Part shown: positions 9,346 through 18,525 of the stretch, piece after piece | Layout: every line of letters begins with the position of its first letter | Position numbering within the stretch: the stretch's first letter is position 1 | Assembly: GCA_017406905.1 (NCBI GenBank) | Contig: JAFQXN010000002.1 | Location: forward strand, 3,501 to 67,500 | Length of the DNA: 64,000 nucleotides | From: Candidatus Saccharimonadota bacterium | GTDB taxonomy: Bacteria; Patescibacteriota; Saccharimonadia; Saccharimonadales; Saccharimonadaceae | Reading direction: 5' to 3' | The notes under the pieces: generated by a model | The model's input: the letters and a program-made list of their open reading frames with translations, nothing else | Databases searched by the model: none | Told to the model about the DNA's origin: nothing | Position numbers and translations under genes: made by a program

Positions 9346-9374
9346 TTGTGTTTTTTATGGAATTTTGTTATAAT
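9346..9374 (+). promoter_or_regulatory. infC operon promoter TTGTGT-17-TATAAT
   Basis: Hexamers at 9346-9351 and 9369-9374. Confidence 0.65.
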
Positions 9375-9409
9375 TGTTGCAGGTTAATTCAAGAGAAGAA
9401 AGGACTACC

Positions 9410-9931
9410 ATAAAAACTACATCACGCACCCGGCTGAATTCAGAAATTCGTTATCCGGAGGTACGCGTAATAGGCTCAAATGGAGAGCAGCTAGGCATTA
9501 TGTCTAGTCGCGATGCCCAGCTTCTCGCGAAGGAACAAGGGGTGGATTTGGTGGAGATTGCTGCGAATGCAAATCCTCCAGTGGTTAAGGTAATTGACTG
9601 GGGTAAATACCAGTACCAAAAGATGAAAGAAGAGGCTAAGAATCGGAAAAAGGCTCGAGAAAAGCAATCCGAGCTGAAACAGATGAAGATTGGCTTAAAG
9701 ATTTCAGATAACGACCTTAACATAAAAGTCCGAAAAATGCGTGAGTTTTTGGATGACGGCGACCGAGTAAAGATTTTAATAATCTTCCGAGGGCGCGAGA
9801 TGACGCACAAAGAGATTGGATCTGAGCTTTTGAATAGAGTAATAGGTCTGCTCGGCGAAGACGGCATCGTAGTCGAAGGAAAGCCACAAATGAACGGGCG
9901 TAACCTATCGGTACAGGTACGGAAGAAGTAA
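9410..9931 (+). CDS. infC: translation initiation factor IF-3 (probable ATA start)
   Basis: [46 protein letters not shown] lies 5 nt before an in-frame ATA at 9410. Confidence 0.93.
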   Translation: MKTTSRTRLNSEIRYPEVRVIGSNGEQLGIMSSRDAQLLAKEQGVDLVEIAANANPPVVKVIDWGKYQYQKMKEEAKNRKKAREKQSELKQMKIGLKISDNDLNIKVRKMREFLDDGDRVKILIIFRGREMTHKEIGSELLNRVIGLLGEDGIVVEGKPQMNGRNLSVQVRKK

Positions 9932-10016
9932 TTTCCTACTTTTACGGCCTACCGATTGCACTTTGAGAGACACGAGTGCGTGTCTAATACTAACTATAAA
10001 TAATAAAGGAAATACT

Positions 10017-10211
10017 ATGCCGAAGTTAAAGACGCATAAAGGTACCGCTAAGCGTATCAAAGTTACCGGCTCGGGTAAATTGGTTCGTGAGCGCGCTTTC
10101 GGGAATCATATTCTCGCAAAGAAATCAAAAGCCAGAAAACGCAACATGAAAACTGCTGCCGTGATTGATGGTAAGATTGGTAAAAATATAAAGAAAGCAT
10201 TGGGGGTTTAA
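10017..10211 (+). CDS. rpmI: 50S ribosomal protein L35
   Basis: [21 protein letters not shown]; SD AAAGGA; infC-rpmI-rplT order. Confidence 0.96.
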   Translation: MPKLKTHKGTAKRIKVTGSGKLVRERAFGNHILAKKSKARKRNMKTAAVIDGKIGKNIKKALGV

Positions 10212-10212
10212 G

Positions 10213-10560
10213 ATGAGGGTTAAAAGAGGAGTCGCGGCACACGCGAAGCATAAGAAAATTTTGAAGGCTGCTAAAGGCATGCAGCACGCCCGCACTAGGA
10301 GTTATCGACTAGGTAAGCAAGGTGTGATTAAGGCTCTGCAATACAGCTATCGCGACCGCAGGAATAAAAAGCGTGACTTGAGAGCGCTTTGGATTACGCG
10401 TATCAATAACGCTTCGAGAGAATTAGGTCTTTCCTACTCTCAGTTAATTGCTGGAATGAAGGCAAAAAATATTTCGCTTGATCGAAAGATTTTGGCTGAC
10501 CTTGCGGTGAATAACCCTGAAGCATTCAAGAAGATTGTTAACACGGTAAAGGAGAAATAA
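10213..10560 (+). CDS. rplT: 50S ribosomal protein L20
   Basis: [28 protein letters not shown]. Confidence 0.97.
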   Translation: MRVKRGVAAHAKHKKILKAAKGMQHARTRSYRLGKQGVIKALQYSYRDRRNKKRDLRALWITRINNASRELGLSYSQLIAGMKAKNISLDRKILADLAVNNPEAFKKIVNTVKEK

Positions 10561-10561
10561 A

Positions 10562-10789
10562 ATGGCTATTTGTGAAATTACCGGCAAGGGCAAGATGTAT
10601 GGCCATAACGTTTCATTCTCGCAGCGCCATACAAGGAAAGTTTTTAAGCCTAATGTTTCGAAGCGGACTTTGATTATAAACGGTCAAAAAATTAAGTGCA
10701 ATGTTTCCGCATCTGCACTTAGGACTTTGAAGAAAAAAGGTTTAATTGAATCGCCAAAGGCTCGTGCTGAAAAAAAGGCGAACAAATAA
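10562..10789 (+). CDS. rpmB: 50S ribosomal protein L28
   Basis: CEITGKGKMYGHNVSFSQRHTRKVFKPN. Confidence 0.95.
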   Translation: MAICEITGKGKMYGHNVSFSQRHTRKVFKPNVSKRTLIINGQKIKCNVSASALRTLKKKGLIESPKARAEKKANK

Positions 10790-10805
10790 TAATTGCACTT
10801 GCGCA

Positions 10806-10835
10806 CAAAAAATCGCTCTTTCGGGCGATTTTTTG
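10806..10835. terminator. bidirectional intrinsic terminator between rpmB and rnpB
   Basis: CAAAAAATCGC-8-GCGATTTTTTG inverted repeat. Confidence 0.85.
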
Positions 10836-10850
10836 ATTTATTGTGAATAT

Positions 10851-11187
10851 GAGCCGTCATTAAGCCGGGTTCTGTAATCCCTCAAAGAGAGACCGACAAC
10901 CATCTATCTTGACGTTACATTGCTATAACGTTCTAGCGGTAAGCGCACATCCTCGAGCGAAGGTTTAATAGTGCTCCTTGCAACAGGTAGGGTTTGCCTC
11001 CGCGACATATCGCTACGACGCGCTGTGGGCTCTTACCCCACTCTTTTCACCCTTACCCCGTGCAAGCACGAGGCGGTTTGGTTTCTGTGGTACTTTCCCT
11101 ATCCTTACGGACGGTCGCTGTTAGCGACTACCCTGCTCTGTGTTGCCCGGACTTTCCTCTTATATAAAGCGATTGTCTTTCAGGCTC
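10851..11187 (-). ncRNA. rnpB: RNase P RNA
   Basis: Conserved GAGGAAAGTCCGGGC near the 5' end and ACAGAACCCGGCTTA near the 3' end. P1 is GAGCC/GGCTC. Confidence 0.95.
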
Positions 11188-11233
11188 TCCTGAATTATAT
11201 CACAGGACGAATAATATTAAAAGTAGTTATAGT

Positions 11234-12079
11234 TTACCCTCGGATGCGGTCGATGGCGGAATTGGCCTCGTGATCGGCGATTAGATTTTGACTACGCGGA
11301 ACATGGCTAAACGAAACTGCGTCAAAGTGCAAAAGTTTTTGCTGAATATCATTATAAACAGGGACGATGTCTTGGTTTTTGACCTGAAAAATGCCGTTGA
11401 GTTGGTTAACTACCATAAGACTGTCAGAGATAAATTTGGCACTTTTGTAGCCTAATTCGATAGCGCGTTCGATACCTTTGCGCATGGCATGGTACTCGGC
11501 AAGACGAGAGGTGGCAAAACCAATAAATTCGCCACCCTGTTCGACAATGTGACCATTACCGTCGTGTATGCAATAGCCGATGCCGGACGGCCCAGGGTTG
11601 CCTCTAGAGGCGCCATCCACGTTGATAGTGATGCTATTGGCGGTATCGCGAGCAGAAATGCGATTAGACGTAATTTTGCCTTCTTCAATTTCTAGGACAG
11701 ATATGCTGGCTTCATTAAGGCGAATATTTGCGGTATTGAAGTCCTTGATGAACTTATAGGCAGTATAGCGTTCGTGCGGGGTGGGTTTTAATTCCCCGCC
11801 AACACCTAGCTCATAAATGATATAGAGATTGCTGAGTTGGCTGGAGCCTTCTGGTGCAAGGAAGGTAATAACGTCTTTTAGTTTAATTAGCGAGGCAGTT
11901 AGTCCAGTATATTCGGAAAGTGAACGCACCATGGCTTCTTCTGGCTGCTCGCCGAATTTGATTTTGCCGGTCGGAAGCTCCCAAAAAGCCGGGGCCTCGC
12001 TCCGACCTCGGCTACGTTTAAAAACCAAAAAGCCGTTTTCATTTTTAACTAATCCAACGACGCGTATTCTCTGTTTCAT
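11234..12079 (-). CDS. NUDIX hydrolase-like domain fused to RNase HI
   Basis: N-terminal WELPTGKIKFGEQPEEAMVRSL (degenerate Nudix box). C-terminal NVDGASRGNPGPSG..AEY..SDS..HVPRSQN..AD RNase HI. Likely start MKQRIRV at 12079. Confidence 0.85.
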   Translation of the reverse strand: MKQRIRVVGLVKNENGFLVFKRSRGRSEAPAFWELPTGKIKFGEQPEEAMVRSLSEYTGLTASLIKLKDVITFLAPEGSSQLSNLYIIYELGVGGELKPTPHERYTAYKFIKDFNTANIRLNEASISVLEIEEGKITSNRISARDTANSITINVDGASRGNPGPSGIGYCIHDGNGHIVEQGGEFIGFATSRLAEYHAMRKGIERAIELGYKSAKFISDSLMVVNQLNGIFQVKNQDIVPVYNDIQQKLLHFDAVSFSHVPRSQNLIADHEANSAIDRIRG

Positions 12080-12098
12080 GCCCACTCTTAAACATAAT

Positions 12099-12228
12099 GG
12101 CCCTGCTGACCTGTTTTCCCCGTAATATATACAAGGTGGGTAAAATCTTATGCGACACACCCTCGAGTGTGAGCCACGAAATCCCTATGACATGATTATT
12201 CAGGAAAATCATGCTGCCAACAGGGCTT
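12099..12228 (-). ncRNA. ssrS: 6S RNA-like RNA (short, ~130 nt)
   Basis: TGG-TATAAT promoter (12240-12235). 11-bp closing stem GCCCUGUUGGC/GUCAGCAGGGC. The 3' side CCACCUUG...AAAAC..GUCAGCAGGG resembles 6S RNAs as recalled (not searched). Confidence 0.65.
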
Positions 12229-12291
12229 GTCTATATTATACCACACTTTGCCCGGCGCTACTATTCCCCTCCAGGTGTATTATAGGGAGAA

Positions 12292-12936
12292 TTAGCTGCC
12301 AACTGTCCAATAGAAAAGCGACAAAATACCATTTAAACCGTTTATCATGAGCTGTGAAAATACTTCTCCAAAAAGGAAAATCATCATGTATACGATGATG
12401 AAACCGTATCTTTCGATGCTGTTGAAGAAATTACGGACAAAATCTGGGGCGAAAGCGTAGAGAACGCGAGAGCCATCTAGTGGTGGAATCGGGATGAGAT
12501 TGAAGAGCATAAAACCTATATTAACATAGACAAGCTCGACAAAGATAAATTCTGGAATATCGCCACCGACACCATAAATTAGGCCAGAAAAATGACCGAT
12601 TAAGAAGCTAATGAAGGCGAGTAGGAAATTAGTGAGTGGGCCGGCGATAGCGACAAGTGCCATGCCCCACTCACGCCATTTGAGATTATGATAATTAACC
12701 GGTACTGGCTTGGCGCCGCCAAATACTGGCGCTCGTAGTATATATAATATAACAGGTACGAGGATGGACATATAGGGGTCAATGTGTTTGATAGGATTGA
12801 AAGTAAGGCGTCCGGCGTCTTTAGCGGTACGATCCCCTAGCCAGTATGCAGTAATGCCGTGAGAAAGCTCATGTAAAACCACCGAAAAGACGGTGATGAT
12901 GAGAATAATAATAATGAGGACGGGGTTTGTGTTCAT
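12292..12936 (-). CDS. site-2 protease family (M50) metallopeptidase
   Basis: HELSH zinc motif, AGPLTN, FNLIPIPPLDG. Confidence 0.92.
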   Translation of the reverse strand: MNTNPVLIIIILIITVFSVVLHELSHGITAYWLGDRTAKDAGRLTFNPIKHIDPYMSILVPVILYILRAPVFGGAKPVPVNYHNLKWREWGMALVAIAGPLTNFLLAFISFLIGHFSGLIYGVGGDIPEFIFVELVYVNIGFMLFNLIPIPPLDGSRVLYAFAPDFVRNFFNSIERYGFIIVYMMIFLFGEVFSQLMINGLNGILSLFYWTVGS

Positions 12937-12937
12937 G

Positions 12938-13384
12938 CTAGTTCAATATGACGACCTCTTTGGCAGCTGGGAGACTGTCTAGATTTTTGACTTTGAGCTT
13001 TTTCTCGGTACGAGCGGAAAGCTTAAGGTCGGCTACCATGCCGTCTACGTTACCCATAGCCACGATGAGCTTAGGCTCGATTTCTCGGATAGCGCGTACA
13101 GATGAAGTACAGAGGATGTCAGCAACGATGTCATCTAAACCTTCTTCGATGCCACCGATGATGCCGATATGCACGCCACCAATTTCTACGTCATAGATGG
13201 TCTTGCCGCTCTCTGTGGCCACGCCACGGATGGCGGCATCGCCGATTTCAAATTCACCAGGGCCGGTGATTTTGCCAACAGCGAGGCCAGCATCAATAAC
13301 GGCATCGGCGATGTTGAATTTGATGGTGGTCTTTTTGGTGGAGATGATGATTTCATCTGGATTTTTGCTTTCGATTTCAAACAT
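12938..13384 (-). CDS. truncated MBL-fold (Lactamase_B_3-like) protein
   Basis: ITGPGEFEIGDAAIRG and IREIEPKLIV resemble this CPR family. The HxHxDH motif is absent. Confidence 0.45.
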   Translation of the reverse strand: MFEIESKNPDEIIISTKKTTIKFNIADAVIDAGLAVGKITGPGEFEIGDAAIRGVATESGKTIYDVEIGGVHIGIIGGIEEGLDDIVADILCTSSVRAIREIEPKLIVAMGNVDGMVADLKLSARTEKKLKVKNLDSLPAAKEVVILN

Positions 13385-13392
13385 TTTAGCTC

Positions 13393-13998
13393 CTATCCTT
13401 TAATTAGTTTTTCTGGATCTACGATTTCAGTGATTTCCATTTCAAGAACTTCGACAATGAAGCGATCTCTGACGCTCTTGCGGTAAGTGAAATCATCTGG
13501 TGACATAATGACGTAATTGATGGGCTTACCTTGTTTCTTTTCGATAACTTCGGCCCAACGGGTGAGCTTTTTGGTTTTATCGTTGCCAATGATAAGTAAA
13601 TCTATGCCATCTTGGCCAGGCAGACGATTGGTGACGATGAGACCTTTAAGGTAATTTTTGACAGGACGGCAATATTCTTCCCAGGTGGTTTCTTTGACAT
13701 CTTGATCGCGGACTGCGTCAATTTTTTTAGAAAATATATCGACAAGTGGGCGACAGAAAGGGTGCTTGTTATTGGCCGAGTAATAAACTTTGTTATCGAA
13801 AGTCTCGTTTTTAATGACGCCGATGCTTTCGAGATTGAGCAATTCCCTGCGGACGGAATTAATCTGTTCGTCAATTACTCTAGTCATTTCGCGAACGTAG
13901 AAACTTTTTTCGGGATTTTCGAAAAAGAGCTTGAGGAGCTTCGCGCGAGTTTTGGAACCAAATAATTTTTCAGTTGGTGTGTTAGCAACTTTACTCAT
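13393..13998 (-). CDS. winged-helix transcriptional regulator with C-terminal nucleotidyltransferase-like domain
   Basis: LFGSKTRAKLLKLFF, YVREMTR, INSVRRELLNLE; C-terminal IDLLIIG. Confidence 0.7.
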   Translation of the reverse strand: MSKVANTPTEKLFGSKTRAKLLKLFFENPEKSFYVREMTRVIDEQINSVRRELLNLESIGVIKNETFDNKVYYSANNKHPFCRPLVDIFSKKIDAVRDQDVKETTWEEYCRPVKNYLKGLIVTNRLPGQDGIDLLIIGNDKTKKLTRWAEVIEKKQGKPINYVIMSPDDFTYRKSVRDRFIVEVLEMEITEIVDPEKLIKG

Positions 13999-14043
13999 TC
14001 TATATATATTTTATCACGTTCACGATAAAAATGCATAAATTTA

Positions 14044-14889
14044 TTATCGTTGTGATATATTTTTAAATACGTCTATGATATATGGGTAAACTTCTTCGAG
14101 CCTAAGCCAATTGATTGATTGATTACGCTTAAACCAAGTCATCTGGCGCTTGGCTAAGTGCCAATCTTCATAAAAACTACGTTCTTTGGCTTCGGACAAA
14201 CTGATTTTGTGATCAAGATAATCCCAGACATATTCGTAAATATTGCTTTTCATGGCTTGGTTATCCCAGCCGTAGGTTTGGACAAGTTTTTTGGTCTCGT
14301 CGTACAAATCTTGATTGAACATTTGGTCAATGCGTTGTTTGAGACGGCTACGTAATTCGGGTGTTTCCCATTTGATGCCAACGATGAGATAGTCGCCTTT
14401 TATCTCTTTACGGTCTGAACAAGTTTTTTGTTCAATGTCACCGATTTTGGCACCAGTCGGGCCTTTGAATTGATAATCGTAGATTAGTGCGTCAATATAA
14501 AGACCGGTGCCACCGACGATAATTGGGATTTTGCCTCTTGACTTGATGTCTTTAATCTTAGACTCCGCGTAAGATTTCCAATCGGCAACAGTGAAACGTT
14601 CGCCTGGCCTAACTAAATCTAGGCCGTAATGAGGGATACCTTGCATTTCTGCTGGCTCAGGTTTGGCAGTACCGATATCCATGCCCTCATAAATGGCGCG
14701 AGAGTCAGCGGAGATAATCTCGCCGCCAATAGCCTGTGCGATTTTAATGGATACACCGGTTTTGCCGGAGCCGGTGGGGCCCAGGATTACTACAACCCGT
14801 TCTCGACGGGTCCTGTCGCCGCCTCCTCCCCAGCGAAAATGTTGCGGGGGTCCCCCTCCGGCGGCACCGCCCATCGATATCAACATCAT
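14044..14889 (-). CDS. miaA: tRNA dimethylallyltransferase (with N-terminal hairpin-element insertion)
   Basis: GPTGSGKT, SADSRAIYEGMDIGTAKP, VGGTGLY, AKRQMTWF. The ATG overlaps the thrS TGA. Confidence 0.93.
   Translation of the reverse strand: MMLISMGGAAGGGPPQHFRWGGGGDRTRRERVVVILGPTGSGKTGVSIKIAQAIGGEIISADSRAIYEGMDIGTAKPEPAEMQGIPHYGLDLVRPGERFTVADWKSYAESKIKDIKSRGKIPIIVGGTGLYIDALIYDYQFKGPTGAKIGDIEQKTCSDRKEIKGDYLIVGIKWETPELRSRLKQRIDQMFNQDLYDETKKLVQTYGWDNQAMKSNIYEYVWDYLDHKISLSEAKERSFYEDWHLAKRQMTWFKRNQSINWLRLEEVYPYIIDVFKNISQR
14796..14874. repeat. GC-rich palindromic element, copy A (in-frame in miaA)
   Basis: Shares GACGGGTCCTG, CCTCCCC and GGGGGkCCCCCTCC with 34266-34359. Confidence 0.75.
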
Positions 14890-16652
14890 TTTAGGCCCTT
14901 GATAAACTCGGCAAGTTTGGAAAGTTTGACCTTTTCTTCCCTATCGCGGAGGCGGATGGAGACGACTTTTTCTTCGGCGTCTTTCGGGCCAACTACGAGA
15001 ACGGCTGGAATTTTCATCTCGGTAGCGCGTTTAATTTTCTTACCTAAAGAGTCAGCGGACTCATCAACGGTGTAGCGAAGTTCATTGTATTTAAGAGGCT
15101 TATCAAGAACGATACTGTCTAGGATTTTAGTAATCTCGGAGACATAATCAAACACGGTATTATTGACAGTAACAATGCGAACTTGCTCTGGGGCGCACCA
15201 AAACGGGAACCAGCCGCCGGTATGCTCAATAAATACAGACAAGAAGCGCTCGATAGAGCCGAGTGTGGCATGATGGATCATCACTGGACGTTCTTTCTCG
15301 CCTTTTTCATTGATAAACTCTAGGCCAAAACGCTCTGGCATGACGAAATCTAGCTGAATAGTGGCAAGCTGATGCTCGCGGCCAATGGCATCCTCAGCCA
15401 TAAAATCAATCTTCGGGCCATAAAAGGCGGCTTCGCCTTCTTGCTCAAAATAATCTAGACCATTGTCAATAGCGGCTTGCTTGATTTGGCCTTGCGCCAT
15501 GTCCCAAAGTTTCTTATCGCCGAGATATTTGTCTTCATCAGAGCGATAGGAAAGGCGGGCGCGGAGTTTAGACATACCCATAGTAGAATAAAGCTCTTTG
15601 ACGATGCCGACGAGGCGCTTAACTTCGTCTTTGATTTGGTCTTTACGACAAAAGACGTGAGAATCATCTTGCGTGAGCGAGCGTACGCGAGAAAGACCGC
15701 CGAGCTCACCAGTCTTCTCATCGCGGTAATCAGTGGTAGCTTCCATGTAGCGTACTGGCATCTCGCGATAAGTGCGCGGGCGAGAGGCAAAAATCTGAGT
15801 ATGATGTGGGCAATTCATGGGCTTCATAGCGAAATCGTCGCCATTGACTTGAGAGTGTACCATGAACAATTCATCGCCAAATTTAGCGTAGTGACCAGAA
15901 GTCTTGTATAAATCTGTTTTGGTGATATGCGGAGTCCAGACTTTCTTGAACCCTTCCCTGCCGCGGAGACTCAAAGAGTAGTTAGCCATGAGCTCACGAA
16001 GCTCAGTGCCGCGTGGAGTAAAGAGTGGTAAACCAGCGCCGACTAAGTCAGAAAAGCAGAACAAATCTAACTCTTTGCCGAGCTTGCGGTGATCGCGAGC
16101 TTTGGCTTCTTCTTGGCGTTTAAGATATTCATCTAATTCTGCTTGAGTGTTAAAAGCTACACCATAAATGCGCGTAAGCATAGGGCGCTTCTCATCGCCA
16201 CGCCAATATGCGCCAGCGACTCGGATAAGTTTGAAAGGGCCGACTTCGGATAAATCTTTGACGTGCGGGCCCTTGCAAAGGTCGGTAAAGACTTCGCCCA
16301 TATCGTAGAAGGAGATTTCGGCATCTTCGGGTAATTCTTCGATGAGCTCGATTTTACAATCTTGTTGGTGGTCGCGCGCCCAGTTAAGAGCTTCGGATTT
16401 TGATGAGGTGCGTTTGGTCATAGGCAGCTTGCGAGCAATAATTCCTCGCATTTTTTTCTCAATCTTGGATAGATCCGTATCGGAGATTTTAGTGTCGCCA
16501 AAATCTATATCATAATAAAAACCATTATCAATGGCAGGGCCGATGCCAAGCTTTGCTGTAGGATAAAGTTCCTGCACGGCAGCAGCGAGTACGTGACTTA
16601 GGGTATGTCTCATTTTTTCCAAATCAATATTGTCCTTCTTCTGAGGTTTCAT
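14886..16652 (-). CDS. thrS: threonine--tRNA ligase
   Basis: DLCKGPHV, RDHRKLG, KPMNCPHH, GEAAFYGPKIDF, TIQLDF. Confidence 0.98.
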   Translation of the reverse strand: MKPQKKDNIDLEKMRHTLSHVLAAAVQELYPTAKLGIGPAIDNGFYYDIDFGDTKISDTDLSKIEKKMRGIIARKLPMTKRTSSKSEALNWARDHQQDCKIELIEELPEDAEISFYDMGEVFTDLCKGPHVKDLSEVGPFKLIRVAGAYWRGDEKRPMLTRIYGVAFNTQAELDEYLKRQEEAKARDHRKLGKELDLFCFSDLVGAGLPLFTPRGTELRELMANYSLSLRGREGFKKVWTPHITKTDLYKTSGHYAKFGDELFMVHSQVNGDDFAMKPMNCPHHTQIFASRPRTYREMPVRYMEATTDYRDEKTGELGGLSRVRSLTQDDSHVFCRKDQIKDEVKRLVGIVKELYSTMGMSKLRARLSYRSDEDKYLGDKKLWDMAQGQIKQAAIDNGLDYFEQEGEAAFYGPKIDFMAEDAIGREHQLATIQLDFVMPERFGLEFINEKGEKERPVMIHHATLGSIERFLSVFIEHTGGWFPFWCAPEQVRIVTVNNTVFDYVSEITKILDSIVLDKPLKYNELRYTVDESADSLGKKIKRATEMKIPAVLVVGPKDAEEKVVSIRLRDREEKVKLSKLAEFIKGLK

Positions 16653-16712
16653 CTTTATCCTTTCTTTAACTATATATATTATAGTGTAAAAAGAGGAAAA
16701 TTACAACAGAGC

Positions 16713-17642
16713 TCAAAGGCCGAGCAGCAGAAGAATCATGAGTGGCATGGTGACGACTGAGAGAATAGTAGAGACGGTGACCAGCTCGGATGATTCGATA
16801 TTATTGCCGCCATATTTAGTGGCGAAAAGCCCGAGCGAGGTGGCAGTGGGGAGAGCCTGAATGAGCGTGCAGACCTGGATAACTTCAAGCGGAAAATGCA
16901 AAGCCGTGAGGATGCCCCAGGTAGCTAGTGGGCCAATAGTGAGTTGAATAAAGGCCGTAAGAATGAGGCGCCATTTCTTGAAAATGGCTTTGAAATCGGC
17001 GCGAGAAAGCATGAAGCCAATACAAATAATAGAAAGCGGCGTGGTAGCACCTCCTACGTAGCCAACAGCGTCAAGAATAAAGCCGGGAAGATGGATATTA
17101 GTGAGAAACAGAACCATACCAAGAAGAACCGCAAGGATATTAGGGTTAGTGACGATGCTTTTAAGGAGTTTGAATGAAATCTTATGTTCAAAAAGCCAGA
17201 TACCATAAGAAAAGAGAGCAATATTAAAGGCAATAATAAAGCCACAATAGGCAATAACTCCTGATGGGCCAAAAGTATTGACGACAATGGGGTAGCCTAA
17301 AAACGTAGCGTTGTTAAAAATTAGGGCGAATTGAGATTCGCAGCGGAGGCCGCCTTTAAACCACCACTTGTTGAAAATAATTCTGGATAGAATAATCAAC
17401 ATGAGCATTACGATAATACCGGCGACTAGCCCAGCGAAGAATAAATTGAGAGTAGAATCGTCATATTCGGATGGGAAAGCGACAAAAAGAGAGGCTGGCA
17501 TAAAGACCGTGAGAAGGAGGTTGGTTAATTCCCTGTTAGTACTGGTGCTGATGAGCTTCCACTTACCGAGCAAAAAACCAAGAATGAGAATAAGGGCGAT
17601 GGCGCCGAGTCTAGCGTAAAAAGTAGTGAGCTCGATCTCCAT
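16713..17642 (-). CDS. AEC (auxin efflux carrier) family transporter
   Basis: About 10 TM helices; NNATFLGYP, NPNILA, ALPTA motifs. Confidence 0.85.
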   Translation of the reverse strand: MEIELTTFYARLGAIALILILGFLLGKWKLISTSTNRELTNLLLTVFMPASLFVAFPSEYDDSTLNLFFAGLVAGIIVMLMLIILSRIIFNKWWFKGGLRCESQFALIFNNATFLGYPIVVNTFGPSGVIAYCGFIIAFNIALFSYGIWLFEHKISFKLLKSIVTNPNILAVLLGMVLFLTNIHLPGFILDAVGYVGGATTPLSIICIGFMLSRADFKAIFKKWRLILTAFIQLTIGPLATWGILTALHFPLEVIQVCTLIQALPTATSLGLFATKYGGNNIESSELVTVSTILSVVTMPLMILLLLGL

Positions 17643-17646
17643 ACTT

Positions 17647-18318
17647 TTATTTTAACATTTTTTTGGATTTTTTGCCGGAACCACCGCGGATATTAAGGAG
17701 CTTGTAAGTTTTGTTGATAACTTCGTCGTAGCCATCGTAGATTTTGATACTGCGTCCGAAAAAGTCAGTAAGATTTGGCTTAATGTCGCTAAAATTCGTG
17801 CAGGCTAGAATGAGAACTTTAGGGCGAAAGGCAGTCTTAGCGAGGAATAATTTGAGGGTAGTGGAGATTTCTTGTTCGGTGAGCTCGCCGTCATCAATCT
17901 TCGCAGGCCAAGAATCTAGGGAGAGCGTTTTGTGTTTGCATTTAAGATGGCGGAGAAAATTGTAGTAGTTGACCGTCTTAGTGACGGGCTTAGTGGTGAG
18001 GAGCAGAGTGTCTCGCATAATGTCGCTAGGCGTGAGATTGAAGCCGAGGAATTTTTGGGTTTTATATTTGCGTTTGAAATGCCTAAGGCTGGTGATGCTC
18101 AGAAAGTGATTGGCGAGGATGATGAGATCTACTTTGCCGAGATAGGGCCTGAGGGCTTGCTTGGCATATTCGCGAGCAAGGCGAGAGTTGGTTTGAATTT
18201 CTTGGGCGTGTCGCCAATCTATAACTCGGATAATTTCCACTAGAGGAAATTCGGTAGCGAGACGATCGGCAAAAAATTCGCCACCGTATCCGCAATCGAA
18301 AACTACAATTTTTAGCAT
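17647..18318 (-). CDS. Asp/Glu racemase-fold (MurI-like) protein, degenerate active site
   Basis: VFDCGYGG resembles VFDSGxGG and LACTNF resembles LGCTHF. The first catalytic ACNT is replaced by ANHF. Confidence 0.6.
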   Translation of the reverse strand: MLKIVVFDCGYGGEFFADRLATEFPLVEIIRVIDWRHAQEIQTNSRLAREYAKQALRPYLGKVDLIILANHFLSITSLRHFKRKYKTQKFLGFNLTPSDIMRDTLLLTTKPVTKTVNYYNFLRHLKCKHKTLSLDSWPAKIDDGELTEQEISTTLKLFLAKTAFRPKVLILACTNFSDIKPNLTDFFGRSIKIYDGYDEVINKTYKLLNIRGGSGKKSKKMLK

Positions 18319-18386
18319 TCTGATATACCTTTCTTTTGGCGCGATTATATCATAATTAATAGGGGAGAAAATTTTAGGATTATGAG

Positions 18387-18408
18387 TTATGCGACAAATG
18401 TCGCATAA
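18387..18408. promoter_or_regulatory. perfect palindrome TTATGCGACA-AA-TGTCGCATAA between divergent promoters
   Basis: 10-bp inverted repeat with 2-nt spacer, read directly. Confidence 0.5.
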
Positions 18409-18448
18409 GTATAGCGTTTATCGTGAAAAAGTGGTATAATGACAGGGT

Positions 18449-18525
18449 GGGTGATTAGCTCAGTTGGCTAGAGCGTCTCGTTTACACCGAGAAGGTCGGG
18501 GGTTCGAGCCCCTCATCACCCACCA
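18449..18525 (+). tRNA. tRNA-Val(UAC)
   Basis: Full cloverleaf, anticodon TAC, encoded CCA, TGG-TATAAT upstream. Confidence 0.97.

Noticed and set aside
18370-18420. dif-like appearance of TGTCGCATAA
   Set aside because: The arm arrangement (..ATAA-N6-TTATG..) required for a XerC/D dif site is not present.
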